Assembly: GCA_036676985.1 (NCBI GenBank) | Contig: JAKFBU010000038.1 | Coordinates: 128,001 to 192,000 of the forward strand | Direction of reading: 5' to 3' | Source of the DNA: Candidatus Sericytochromatia bacterium | Lineage (GTDB): Bacteria; Cyanobacteriota; Sericytochromatia; S15B-MN24; UBA4093 | DNA length: 64,000 nt | Shown: piece by piece, positions 27,935-36,918 of the stretch | Layout of the letters: every line of letters begins with the position of its first letter | How positions within the stretch are numbered: position 1 is the stretch's first letter | Notes under the pieces: generated by a model | The model's database searches: none | What the model was told of the DNA's origin: nothing | The model's input: the letters and a program-made list of their open reading frames with translations, nothing else | Translations under genes and position numbers: made by a program

Positions 27935-28085
27935 TAAGGAACCGTTCGTTCCTTCGAGAGCTTCAGGACGAACGGGATTGTTGTGGGTAGCTCGAGTCTT
28001 AGCCCCCTTGAGCTGTTAGCGCTCCCTTGAGGTCAACGACAATTCCGTTCACCCTGAGGCCCTCGAAGGGCGAACGGACTCCTTA
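27935..28085. repeat. REP/MITE-like inverted-repeat doublet
   Basis: CCGTTCGTTCCTTCGAGAGCTTCAGGACGAACGG (27942-27975) and its inverted partner CCGTTCACCCTGAGGCCCTCGAAGGGCGAACGG (28045-28077); each unit is itself palindromic; outer TAAGGA/TCCTTA. Confidence 0.7.
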
Positions 28086-29066
28086 TGCCTTCAGGGGCTC
28101 CGCCACGCACGCGAGCAGCCCCCGCTCGATCTTCTCGCGATCCAGGTCCCGCCCGATGAACACCGCCCGCGTCTCCCGCCGCTCGCCTGGCGCCCATGCC
28201 CGGCCGCTCGTGGTCGCGAACAGGCTCGACACCCCCTGGAACAACAGGGGCTCGTCCATCTGCTGGACGTTCACGACGCCCTTGCACCGGTAGATCGACT
28301 CCCCGTAGTCCCTCAAGAGATTGCAGAAGAAGGTGTTGAGCTTCACCTGGTCGAAGGCCTGCTCGAAGCGGAACGAGATCGACCCGATGTCCGACGCGTG
28401 GTGGTGGTCCTCCACCTCCAGCGCGAAGCGCCCGGTGAATTCGAAGGCCTCCAGGTTCAGCACGGCATCGATCGTCACCACGCCCTGCACCGTCCGATGA
28501 ATCCTCGCCGTCTGGTTGAGACCCCGCAGCAGTCCTTCGACTTCCGAGGTCTCAGCCTCCGAGAGCAGGTCCGTCTTGTTGAGCAGGAGCACATCGGCGT
28601 ACCCGATCTGCGCCCGCAACAGCTCCCGATCCTCCTCGGGCGCGGTCGCAAGCCGGGTGCGCAGGTGGTAGCCGTCCACCAGCGTCACGATGGCGTCCAG
28701 GCGCGTGGCCTCGCACAGGTACGGGTCCGCGTAGAAGGCCGTCGCGATGGGGCCGGGGTTGGCGAGCCCCGTCGTCTCGATGACCAGTCCGTCGATCGCG
28801 CGGCCCGTGGCGAGGATGTCCGCGATGACCTGCTTCATGTCGCCCTGGACGGTGCAGCACAGGCAGCCGTTGTTCATCTCCACCAGCTGGCCCTGGGTGT
28901 TGACCACCAGGTCTCGGTCGATCCCCACCTCGTCGAACTCGTTGATGATCACCGCAAGGCGAGCCCCGTGCTCGGAGCTCAGGAGGTGGTTGAGGAAGGT
29001 GGTCTTGCCGGCGCCCAGGAAGCCCGTGACGATCGTGACCGGGACGCGCGGATCGTCGTGTCGCAT
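28083..29066 (-). CDS. CobW/COG0523-family metal-chaperone GTPase
   Basis: GFLGAGKTT, NEFDEVGID, EMNNGCLCC, IETTGLA, NKTD, short His tract, CobW_C. Confidence 0.92.
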   Translation of the reverse strand: MRHDDPRVPVTIVTGFLGAGKTTFLNHLLSSEHGARLAVIINEFDEVGIDRDLVVNTQGQLVEMNNGCLCCTVQGDMKQVIADILATGRAIDGLVIETTGLANPGPIATAFYADPYLCEATRLDAIVTLVDGYHLRTRLATAPEEDRELLRAQIGYADVLLLNKTDLLSEAETSEVEGLLRGLNQTARIHRTVQGVVTIDAVLNLEAFEFTGRFALEVEDHHHASDIGSISFRFEQAFDQVKLNTFFCNLLRDYGESIYRCKGVVNVQQMDEPLLFQGVSSLFATTSGRAWAPGERRETRAVFIGRDLDREKIERGLLACVAEPLKA

Positions 29067-29222
29067 GCCACCAGTCTACCGCATCGCACGGGGCCGCGCG
29101 ACCGGCTCGCTTGCCGCCTTGGTGGACAGGAAATCCTCCGCAAATCACCCTTGGGTCGATCGGCCGGCGACGCTAGGATGACGGCTGCGGAGGGTGAGGG
29201 TCGCATGTCATGGAGGCACCTC

Positions 29223-30302
29223 ATGCCTTACCGGATGACCCCTCGTGGGCTCGCCCTCAGACTAACCCTCGGCACGTTGCTCGCGACGGCCTGCCAGGCC
29301 GCCCCGTTGCCGCATCCGCCCGACGACCCGCACGGAGACCACCCCCACGGATCCGCGCCCCCAGTCCGGGCCCCGGGATTTCCCCGGGCCACGCCCGGCT
29401 CGGTCAAGGTCGTCGACGAGGGGCCGGGGCGCGTGCGGCCGCCTTGGAATGGCTCGCGCAAGACGCCCATCTCCACCCAGGTCCTCTCCTATCCCACGAC
29501 CTATCAGGGACCGCTCACGGTGCGGGACCTCGCGATGGTCGAGTCGACCCTGTACACGATCGACCGCACGCTGCAGGCCGTGCCCGTCTCCGGCGGTCAG
29601 TGGGCGCCCGTGTCCGTGGCCGGCCTCTCTGCCCCCACGCGCCTCGCCTCCGACGGCCAGCGCCTCTTCGCCGGCACCTCGGGAGGCCAGGTGATGGGGC
29701 TGGACCCGGCGAACGGCCAGTCGGCGACGCTGGCGACCCTGCCTTCCGCCGTGACGGGGCTGCAGGTCGGCCAGAACGTCTTGTGGGTCGGCACGGAGCG
29801 CGACGGCGTCTACCGGGTGCCCGTCAACGGCGGCACGCCCGAGGCCCTCGTCACCAACGAGTCGGCGGCGCGGCGGGTCCAGGATCTGACCCTCGGCAAC
29901 CAGGTCGTCTTCACCCTGGGCGATCGCCTCTGGGCCTGGCCCATGGACGGCGCTCCGGCTCGGCCGGTACCCGGCTCCGAGGGGGCCACGGCCCTCACGT
30001 CCCACCGGGGCGTCTTGTATGCGGGGACCGCGGACGGCTGGCTCTTGCGCAGCCGCGACCAGGGCGTCACCACCCAGGCCCTCGGGCAGATGGTCGACAC
30101 CCCCCTCGAGACCCTGGGCACCGACGGGGCGTGGCTCTACTCCAGCAGCGGCAACACGGCCTACATGCTCGATCTCAAGCGCTACACCTATTCGCTTTGC
30201 CACGCGGGTTTCCCGGCGGCGGTCACCAACCTCACGGTCAAGGACGGAGCGACGGTGCTGGTGGGCACCCGGACCAGAGGGCTGACCACCATGCCGCGCT
30301 AG
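29223..30302 (+). CDS. Hypothetical lipoprotein, probable beta-propeller with a His/Pro-rich N-terminus
   Basis: RBS GGAGG before ATG 29223; LATAC lipobox; blades such as LFAGTSGG, LWVGTERDGVY, LYAGTADG, VLVGTRTRGL. Confidence 0.7.
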   Translation: MPYRMTPRGLALRLTLGTLLATACQAAPLPHPPDDPHGDHPHGSAPPVRAPGFPRATPGSVKVVDEGPGRVRPPWNGSRKTPISTQVLSYPTTYQGPLTVRDLAMVESTLYTIDRTLQAVPVSGGQWAPVSVAGLSAPTRLASDGQRLFAGTSGGQVMGLDPANGQSATLATLPSAVTGLQVGQNVLWVGTERDGVYRVPVNGGTPEALVTNESAARRVQDLTLGNQVVFTLGDRLWAWPMDGAPARPVPGSEGATALTSHRGVLYAGTADGWLLRSRDQGVTTQALGQMVDTPLETLGTDGAWLYSSSGNTAYMLDLKRYTYSLCHAGFPAAVTNLTVKDGATVLVGTRTRGLTTMPR

Positions 30303-30329
30303 CGCCCCTTATGGTACGATCCAGGGGCT

Positions 30330-30911
30330 ATGAACTTCTTCAGTTGCCGTGTTGAGACCCCGCTGCCCGACTCCGACCGCATCCGCGAGGAGACCTTGAT
30401 GGTCGACTCCCGCGGGGAGGTCTTCCTCGTCACCCGCCAGGCCGTGCGCTGCGCCCGGGGCCGTCACCTCGTGACGTCCGCCGCGCCGTGTGCGGCCTGT
30501 GAGCGTGAGTGGTGGTGGTCCGAGGGCTTCGTCACCGACGTGGACGGCTGGGTCAACGATGCCCTCAAGGTGGCCAACGAGGAGCGCTCCGTCCTCCTGG
30601 AGCAGGGCTGGACGGTGCAGAAGACCACGGCGCACTACACCCACATGCTGCCGCCCGCGGACGAAGCGGAGGTCCTCCTGCCGCTCGCGGACCCGTCCGA
30701 GATGCCCGCCGAGGTGCGGCGCGGCTTCATGCTCGCGCGTGAGCCGGAGCTTGCGCCGGTCGAGCGGCAAAGCATCACCCGCCTCAACCGCAAGGACCTC
30801 ATGGCCTACAAGCGTGTGGCGGCGGGCCTTGCCACCATGGCCGAACACCTGGACTACTTGAAGTCCCTGGCCCAGCCCCAGCCCAAGCGCCGCCGGGCGT
30901 CAGACGACTAG
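30330..30911 (+). CDS. Hypothetical protein with putative metal-binding Cys/His residues
   Basis: Coding-like codon usage; CARGRH...CAAC. Confidence 0.6.
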   Translation: MNFFSCRVETPLPDSDRIREETLMVDSRGEVFLVTRQAVRCARGRHLVTSAAPCAACEREWWWSEGFVTDVDGWVNDALKVANEERSVLLEQGWTVQKTTAHYTHMLPPADEAEVLLPLADPSEMPAEVRRGFMLAREPELAPVERQSITRLNRKDLMAYKRVAAGLATMAEHLDYLKSLAQPQPKRRRASDD

Positions 30912-30916
30912 GTGCT

Positions 30917-31351
30917 CTAAAGCGAGGCCAGCGGGTCGAGCGTGGTCTCACCCGGATCGAAGTACTCGAGCAGGTCCTCTTCCGGCGCCTCCGCCACCAC
31001 GGCGGTGGCGGGGTCGACCGCGGCCACCGTCGCCGCCGGGCCGGGCACCATCTGCTGCAGCCGGGGCCCCAGCCCCGTGACGATGAGCAGCGCGGCCGCG
31101 ACGACCCCCATGGGCAGCCAGCGGCGGCCGGCCTGGCGCGCGCGCGGCGTCGCGAGCCCCAGGCGCTCCATCAGGACCGAAGGGGCGGCCTCCTGGGACA
31201 GAGAATTCAGGTCCCGCGCGACGCGGCGCATGCCCTCCTCGTAGGAGCGGCAGGCCCCGCAGGTGGCGAGGTGCGCCTCGAGCGCCGGCTGAGGGGCGCC
31301 CGGCAAGTCCAGGGCTTCTTGGATGAGCTGGTGGGCCGTCGTGCACGTCAT
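30917..31351 (-). CDS. Zinc-binding (ZAS/zf-HC2) transmembrane anti-sigma factor
   Basis: HLATCGAC motif and one TM helix; ATGA overlap with the sigma gene. Confidence 0.85.
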   Translation of the reverse strand: MTCTTAHQLIQEALDLPGAPQPALEAHLATCGACRSYEEGMRRVARDLNSLSQEAAPSVLMERLGLATPRARQAGRRWLPMGVVAAALLIVTGLGPRLQQMVPGPAATVAAVDPATAVVAEAPEEDLLEYFDPGETTLDPLASL

Positions 31352-31929
31352 GGCCGGTCTCCTTCGGTAGCGAGCAGTTCCTTGAGCTTTTCCCGTCCCC
31401 GAAAGAGCCACGTCTTGACGGTGCCGAGGGGGACATCGAGCACCTGGGCCATTTCCTCGTAGGTCATGTCCTCCACGTGTCGCAGCACGATCGCCTGCCG
31501 CCATGGGATGGGCAGCTGGGCGAGGGCCGCGGCGACGTCGCTTTCGACCACGATCCGGGCGAACGCCGGGTCCTCGGCGCCGGGCTCCCAGGGCTCCTCG
31601 CCGCCCAGGGCGTCGAAGGACTCCGGCCGGCGCGCCCGGACATGATCGAGGAAGCAGTTGTTCGCGATCTTCAACAGCCAGGGGGCGAACGCCGCCCCCT
31701 CGCGAAAGCGCCCGAGCGCGCCGAAGGCCTTGAGGAAGGTCTCCTGCGTCAGGTCGAGCGCCGTCTCCCGGTTGCCGGAGAGCCTGAAGAGGACGCCGTA
31801 GACGCGGTCCTGGTAGGTCCGCACGATGGCGGCCAGGGCCGTTCGATCCCCCGCGGCCCCCTTGCGGGCCCAGGTGGTCTCGAGGGAGGCGGGGCCTCGC
31901 GCGGACACGGCAACCGGGAAGCGGATCAT
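31348..31929 (-). CDS. ECF RNA polymerase sigma factor (SigW/RpoE-like)
   Basis: DLTQETFLKAF, WLLKIANN, YEEMAQVLDVPLGTVKTWLFRGR. Confidence 0.93.
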   Translation of the reverse strand: MIRFPVAVSARGPASLETTWARKGAAGDRTALAAIVRTYQDRVYGVLFRLSGNRETALDLTQETFLKAFGALGRFREGAAFAPWLLKIANNCFLDHVRARRPESFDALGGEEPWEPGAEDPAFARIVVESDVAAALAQLPIPWRQAIVLRHVEDMTYEEMAQVLDVPLGTVKTWLFRGREKLKELLATEGDRP

Positions 31930-31930
31930 G

Positions 31931-32380
31931 CTACTGCTTCTGCTCGTGGCGCCGCATCTTGCGGGGCTGCAGCGTCTCGAGCTTCTTCAGCTGGTCGGGC
32001 GTGAGCACCGCGCGAGCCTCGAACCACGAGTTGAGGCGCGACTCGGCCAGCTGGTTGTTCAGGGCGTTGATCTCGCGCTGTTTGGCGATCGCCTGGTCCT
32101 TGTTCGCGTCGGCCTTCTTGATGAGCGTCGTCAGCTCCTTCTGCTTGGCGCGCAGGCTCTCGCGGACGGGCTTGGCGGCCTGCATGTTGCGCTCGCGAAT
32201 GGCCTTGATCTGCTGCTTCTGGGCGTCCGTCAGGCTCAGCTGCTGGAAGAGGCGCTCGACCTGGGGGCCGGGGGCCTCCATGCGGTGGCCGCCATGGGCG
32301 GGCTTGGCGTCCACCTGGGGAGCGACGGCGGCCAGGCCGAGGGTCATGGCACAGAGGGCGGGAATGAGCAGTTTGCGCAT
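31931..32380 (-). CDS. Spy/CpxP-family periplasmic chaperone
   Basis: Signal peptide; two LTxxQ motifs (LTDAQ, LTPDQ); RBS AAAGGAG. Confidence 0.85.
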   Translation of the reverse strand: MRKLLIPALCAMTLGLAAVAPQVDAKPAHGGHRMEAPGPQVERLFQQLSLTDAQKQQIKAIRERNMQAAKPVRESLRAKQKELTTLIKKADANKDQAIAKQREINALNNQLAESRLNSWFEARAVLTPDQLKKLETLQPRKMRRHEQKQ

Positions 32381-32418
32381 CGGTTCGATCTCCTTTGAAT
32401 CAGGGGTCCTACCCTCTG

Positions 32419-32445
32419 TACGGAGCAGTATCCCGAAAAGTTTCA
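32419..32445 (-). promoter_or_regulatory. ECF (SigW-type) promoter of the spy-sigma-antisigma operon
   Basis: TGAAAC-N17-CGTA, close to the SigW consensus TGAAAC-N16-CGTA. Confidence 0.65.
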
Positions 32446-32525
32446 ACTTGCGAAAGAGGGTCGTCTTCATTCGCTCGAACGCGTTAGGATGGAGGGGCTC
32501 GCCGTCTTGTCACGAGGAGGCCCCC

Positions 32526-32867
32526 GTGCCCCAGCCCAAGCCCGCCAACGACTTCTACCGGCGCGTCTACGACCTGGTGCGTCGGGTCCCCCCGGGCCGG
32601 GTGGCGACCTACGGCCAGATCGCGGCGCTGCTCGGCTCGCCCATGGCCTCGCGGGCGGTGGGCTACGCGCTCTCGTACCTGCCGGAAGGGAGCGACGTGC
32701 CCTGGCAGCGGGTCATCAACCGCGAAGGCCGGATCAGCCCGCGCGGCATCGGGGCGACCCCGGGCGATCGCCAGCGCGCCCTGCTCGAGGCGGAAGGCAT
32801 CGCCTTCGATGCGGAGGGTCGGGTGGATCTGCGCCGCCTCCAGTGGGAAGGACCCCGCGAACCCTGA
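32526..32867 (+). CDS. Alkyltransferase-like (ATL/YbaZ) DNA-damage recognition protein
   Basis: GRVATYGQIA, RAVG and PWQRV (Trp replaces the catalytic Cys of PCHRV); GTG start with RBS GAGGAGG. Confidence 0.88.
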   Translation: MPQPKPANDFYRRVYDLVRRVPPGRVATYGQIAALLGSPMASRAVGYALSYLPEGSDVPWQRVINREGRISPRGIGATPGDRQRALLEAEGIAFDAEGRVDLRRLQWEGPREP

Positions 32868-32954
32868 GGGCGCAAGGCTCACTCGCTGATTGACACACGC
32901 GGCGGACACGCGGCTAACATTAAGACTTGTTACGGGTACCCAAGGAGGTCTGAG

Positions 32955-33404
32955 ATGAAAGTCCGCGACGTGATGACCGACAGGGAGAAGCTGGCCTGCG
33001 TGACGACGGTGAGCTTCTTGCGGGATGCGGCCCGCCTCATGAAGGAAGCCGACACGGGGATCATCCCGGTAGTCGACGATCAGAACAAGGACAAGATCCT
33101 CGGCCTGATCACCGACCGCGACATCGCCATCCGGGCGGTCGCCGCCGACGTGGATCTCAAGAACGCCAAGGTTCAGGACTACATGAGCAAGGACCTGGAC
33201 TGCGTATCTCCCGATCTCGACACCAACCAGGCGGCCAAGGAGATGGCCAACCGCCAGATCAAGCGCCTGTGCGTGGTCGACAACGGCAAGCTCGTCGGCA
33301 TGCTCGCGCTCGGAGACCTGGCCGAGATCGCCCCGGACCAGGGTGAGAAGGCCCTGGAGGGCATCTCGAAGGGCGCCAAGGCCGAGCACAAGGGCAACCA
33401 GTAA
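32955..33404 (+). CDS. Tandem CBS-domain protein
   Basis: MKVRDVMT, GLITDRDIAIR, LVGMLALGDLA. Confidence 0.9.
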   Translation: MKVRDVMTDREKLACVTTVSFLRDAARLMKEADTGIIPVVDDQNKDKILGLITDRDIAIRAVAADVDLKNAKVQDYMSKDLDCVSPDLDTNQAAKEMANRQIKRLCVVDNGKLVGMLALGDLAEIAPDQGEKALEGISKGAKAEHKGNQ

Positions 33405-33413
33405 GAACGCCAA

Positions 33414-33438
33414 CGGGGGGGCTCGACGAGCCCCCCCG
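33414..33438. terminator. Hairpin terminator between convergent genes
   Basis: CGGGGGGGCTC-GAC-GAGCCCCCCCG. Confidence 0.65.
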
Positions 33439-33452
33439 CTACCTTGGTCGCC

Positions 33453-34163
33453 CTACTTGGCGACGGCTTCCTTGGCCTTGACGCAGCGGTAGCCGACGCC
33501 CCGCACGGTCTTGATCTGGACCGGGCAGTTGTCGAAGCGCTCCAGCTTCTCGCGCAGGCGGCAGATGTGCACGTCCACCACGCGGTCGTCGCCGAAGAAG
33601 TCGTCTCCCCAGACGCGGTAGAGAATGGAGTCGCGGCTGATCGCCTTGCCGAGGTTGCTCATCAGGAGGTGCAGGAGCGAGTACTCCTTGAAGGGCAGCT
33701 CGATGGGCTCGTCGTGGATCGTGACCGTGTGCTGATCGGTGTCGATCACCAGGCCGTCCACGTGCAGGCGGTTCGGACTCTCGACCATGCTCTTCTTGAG
33801 GCGCTCGACGCGGCGCAGGTTGGCCTTGACGCGCGCCGTGAGCTCGATCAGGCTGAAGGGCTTGGTCATGTACTCGTCGGCGCCGACGGCGAGGCCGACC
33901 ACCTTGTCGGTGTCGGTGCCCTTGGCCGTGAGCATGATGATGGGGGTGACCATCTCGGGACGGATGGTGCGGCACACCTCGAGGCCGTCCACGTCCGGCA
34001 TCATGAGGTCGAGGATCATCAGATCCGGCATCTCGCGCCGCGCGGTGTCGATGGCGGCCTTGCCGCTGCCCACGGTCAGCACGCTGTAGCCTTCGTATTC
34101 GAGCTGCTTCTGAAGGAGCAGTCGGATGTTGGGATCGTCGTCCGCAACCAGGATCTTAGCCAT
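33453..34163 (-). CDS. OmpR/PhoB-family response regulator
   Basis: ILVADDD, DLMMP, LTAK, KPF; winged helix VDVHICRLREKL, TVRGVGY. Confidence 0.95.
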   Translation of the reverse strand: MAKILVADDDPNIRLLLQKQLEYEGYSVLTVGSGKAAIDTARREMPDLMILDLMMPDVDGLEVCRTIRPEMVTPIIMLTAKGTDTDKVVGLAVGADEYMTKPFSLIELTARVKANLRRVERLKKSMVESPNRLHVDGLVIDTDQHTVTIHDEPIELPFKEYSLLHLLMSNLGKAISRDSILYRVWGDDFFGDDRVVDVHICRLREKLERFDNCPVQIKTVRGVGYRCVKAKEAVAK

Positions 34164-34329
34164 GATAGGGTCCTCCATAGGGCAGGCACGAGTGCGTTAC
34201 CGGATCTATACCCTGAGCGGGCGGGTCGAAAAGGAATGCCTGTCCCGTATCGGCTTCATACCCGCATGGGCACTGCCGGAGGTTGCACCAAAATTACGGG
34301 AATGTGAACCTCGCGCCTGCGGCTTGTCG

Positions 34330-34704
34330 CTAGAATTGACGCTCGATCGCCGTCAACAGCTCCCGGTGGGAGTAGGGCTTGCGCAGGAAGTCGTCGGCCT
34401 GGGCCGCGCGGGCGTCCTCTTCGACCTCGTGGCTGACGCTCGCGGTCTGGACGATGACCTTGATGTCCCGGGTCTGGGGCATGCTCTTGAGGCGGGCGAT
34501 CGCCTCCTGGCCGCAGAACGGCCCCGGCATCTTGATGTCGAGCAGGATCAGGTCCGGGCTCTCGCGGGTGGCGATCTCGAGGCCTTCCGGGGCGGAGCTC
34601 GCCCCTATGAAGACGTGGCCCGCCCGTTCGAGCATGAGCTGCAACAAGTGGAGGTTGTCCCGATCGTCCTCGATGGCGAGGACCCTGAGTGAACGCTCCG
34701 GCAT
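34330..34704 (-). CDS. Single-domain response regulator (CheY/DivK-like)
   Basis: IEDD, LILLDIKMP, TAS, KPY. Confidence 0.9.
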   Translation of the reverse strand: MPERSLRVLAIEDDRDNLHLLQLMLERAGHVFIGASSAPEGLEIATRESPDLILLDIKMPGPFCGQEAIARLKSMPQTRDIKVIVQTASVSHEVEEDARAAQADDFLRKPYSHRELLTAIERQF

Positions 34705-34837
34705 CCGGCCTCCCTCCTCGCGACGACGCGTGCTCGTATGCTCACCATACCCGGTTCGAGTATGGTCCCTAACGTAATCCTACCCGTCGTTGCGGGCTCG
34801 GACGTTGTGACGTTCTGTCGTTCGGATGACGTCCGTG

Positions 34838-35629
34838 TTACGCCTCGGGCAGGGGCCACATGTCGCCCCAGAGGCGAGCGCCGCCGTCCACGCACAGGGT
34901 CTCGCCCGTGATCCAGTCGCCGGCGGGCGAGAGCAGGTAGGTCACGGCGTGGCTCACGTCCTCCACCGTGCCCATGCGGCCGAGCGGGGTGGCCCGGACG
35001 GCCTGGTCCATCAGGGCGGGCGGGTAGCGTTCCGTGCCGGAGCTCCGGACCACGCCCGGGGCCACCGCGTTGACGAGCACCCCGCGCGTGGCCCACTCGA
35101 CGGCGAGCGACTGCGTGAGGTTGACGACGCCGGCCCGCGCCGCGCCCGTGTGGGCCATGCCCGGAAAGCCCCGCCACATGTTGGCCACGATGGAGACGAT
35201 CTTGCCGCGCCCCTGGGGCAGCATGGCCTGCTCAGCCACCGTCTTGGTGACGAGGAACGTCCCGTTGAGGTTGTTCTCGATGACCGACTTCCAGCCGTTG
35301 TAGCTCATCCGCTCGACGGGCGCCGGAAACTGCCCGCCCGCGTTGTTGACGAGGTAATCGAGGCCGCCGCAGGCCGCGAGCACGGCCCCCACCATGCCCT
35401 CGACCGCGGCGGGATCCCGGATGTCGCAGGGCAGCGCCAGGCAGTCGACGCCGTCCGCCGCGAGGGTCGCGCTGGCCCGGGCGAGCCGGTCCGGGTCGCG
35501 CCCGCAGATGGCCACCCGGGCGCCGAGGACGCCCAGGTCCCGGGCGATGGCGAGCCCGATGCCCGAGCCCCCTCCGGTCACGAGCGCGGTGCGGCCGGCG
35601 AACAGGCCGGGGGCGAAGATGGCGGCCAT
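34838..35629 (-). CDS. SDR oxidoreductase (2,4-dienoyl-CoA / trans-2-enoyl-CoA reductase-like)
   Basis: TGGGSGIG, NNAGGQF, HTGAARAG motifs. Confidence 0.88.
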   Translation of the reverse strand: MAAIFAPGLFAGRTALVTGGGSGIGLAIARDLGVLGARVAICGRDPDRLARASATLAADGVDCLALPCDIRDPAAVEGMVGAVLAACGGLDYLVNNAGGQFPAPVERMSYNGWKSVIENNLNGTFLVTKTVAEQAMLPQGRGKIVSIVANMWRGFPGMAHTGAARAGVVNLTQSLAVEWATRGVLVNAVAPGVVRSSGTERYPPALMDQAVRATPLGRMGTVEDVSHAVTYLLSPAGDWITGETLCVDGGARLWGDMWPLPEA

Positions 35630-35742
35630 GGTGATCCTCCCGTCGGTGCTCCAACCCATTCTAGCGGATCGAGGGTTTGTAACGGGGACCCCGGGTGGCT
35701 AAGATGGGGATCTCTCCCCCGCATGTCAGTCAGGAGGTGTCC

Positions 35743-36918
35743 ATGGCCATGGTGTCTGCCTCGCTGCCCCAAACCGGCCTGTGCTTTGCGTATACGCCCG
35801 AACAGGAGGCGCTGCGCCAGTCCGTGCGGGAGTTCGCCGCCCGCGAGATCGCCCCGGTCGCCGACCATGCCGACGAGCACGACGCCTTTCCCATGGACGT
35901 GTTCCGGCGCATGGGGGAAATGGGCTACCTGGGCCTCATGTTCCCCGAGGAGGTCGGCGGCGCGGGGGGCGGCTACATCGAGGGCCAGATCATGCTCGAG
36001 GAGATGGCCTACGCCTCGGCGGGCATCGCCCTCGGCGTCTTCGCGCACATGCTCCTCGCCTGCAAGCCGCTGCTCCTCTTGGGCGACGAGGATCAGCGCC
36101 GGCGCTACCTCTTGCCGAGCCTGCGCGGACAGCGGATCGGGGCCTGGGGCCTCACGGAGCCGGACGTGGGCTCGGACGTCGCCTCTTTGCGCACCCGGGC
36201 GGTCCGCGAGGGCAACGAGTGGGTGCTCACGGGCTCCAAGATGTTCATCACCAACGGCCCGATCGCGGACTTCGTGGTGGTCGCCGCGCGCACGGACCAG
36301 TCTGCCGGCATGCGGGGCATCAGCCTGTTCGTGGTCGAGCAGGGGACGCCCGGCTTCACGGTCGGAAAGAAGCTCAAGAAGATCGCGGTCCGGGGCTCGG
36401 AGACCGCGGAGCTCGTCTTCGACCAGGTTCGGCTGCCCCCGTCGGCCCTGCTCGGGCCCGAGGGCGAGGGCTTCTACGAGGCCATGAAGACCTTGCAGGG
36501 CGGCCGGGTGACGGGGGTGGGCTACGGGCTCGGCATCGCCCGGGCGGCCTTCGACGCCGCCCTGCGCTACGCCAAGGAGCGCATCCAGTTCGGCAAGCCC
36601 ATCGCCGACTTCCAGGTCATCCAGCACAAGCTCGCCGACATGGCGACCCAGATCGAGGCGGCGCGCAGCCTGGGCCAGAAGGCGGCGTGGCTCGCCGACA
36701 ATGGCCAGCCCTGCATCCGCGAGGCCTCCATGGCCAAGCTGTTTGCCTCCGAGATGTGCACCCAGGTCTGCAACATGGCCGTGCAGATCCATGGGGGCTA
36801 CGGCTTGATGATGGAGTATCCGGTCCAGCGCTTCTGGCGCGACGCCAAGCTCCTCGAGATCGGCGAGGGCACCAGCGAGATCCAGCGCGGCATCATCGCC
36901 AAGCAGTTGGGGCTCTAA
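35743..36918 (+). CDS. Acyl-CoA dehydrogenase
   Basis: LTEPDVGSD, GSKMFITNG, RIQFGKPI, QIHGGYG, IGEGTSEIQR. Confidence 0.95.
   Translation: MAMVSASLPQTGLCFAYTPEQEALRQSVREFAAREIAPVADHADEHDAFPMDVFRRMGEMGYLGLMFPEEVGGAGGGYIEGQIMLEEMAYASAGIALGVFAHMLLACKPLLLLGDEDQRRRYLLPSLRGQRIGAWGLTEPDVGSDVASLRTRAVREGNEWVLTGSKMFITNGPIADFVVVAARTDQSAGMRGISLFVVEQGTPGFTVGKKLKKIAVRGSETAELVFDQVRLPPSALLGPEGEGFYEAMKTLQGGRVTGVGYGLGIARAAFDAALRYAKERIQFGKPIADFQVIQHKLADMATQIEAARSLGQKAAWLADNGQPCIREASMAKLFASEMCTQVCNMAVQIHGGYGLMMEYPVQRFWRDAKLLEIGEGTSEIQRGIIAKQLGL

Noticed and set aside
32526-32867. Active O6-methylguanine methyltransferase (Ogt/Ada)
   Set aside because: The active site reads PWQRV rather than PCHRV, so it is a non-catalytic ATL protein.
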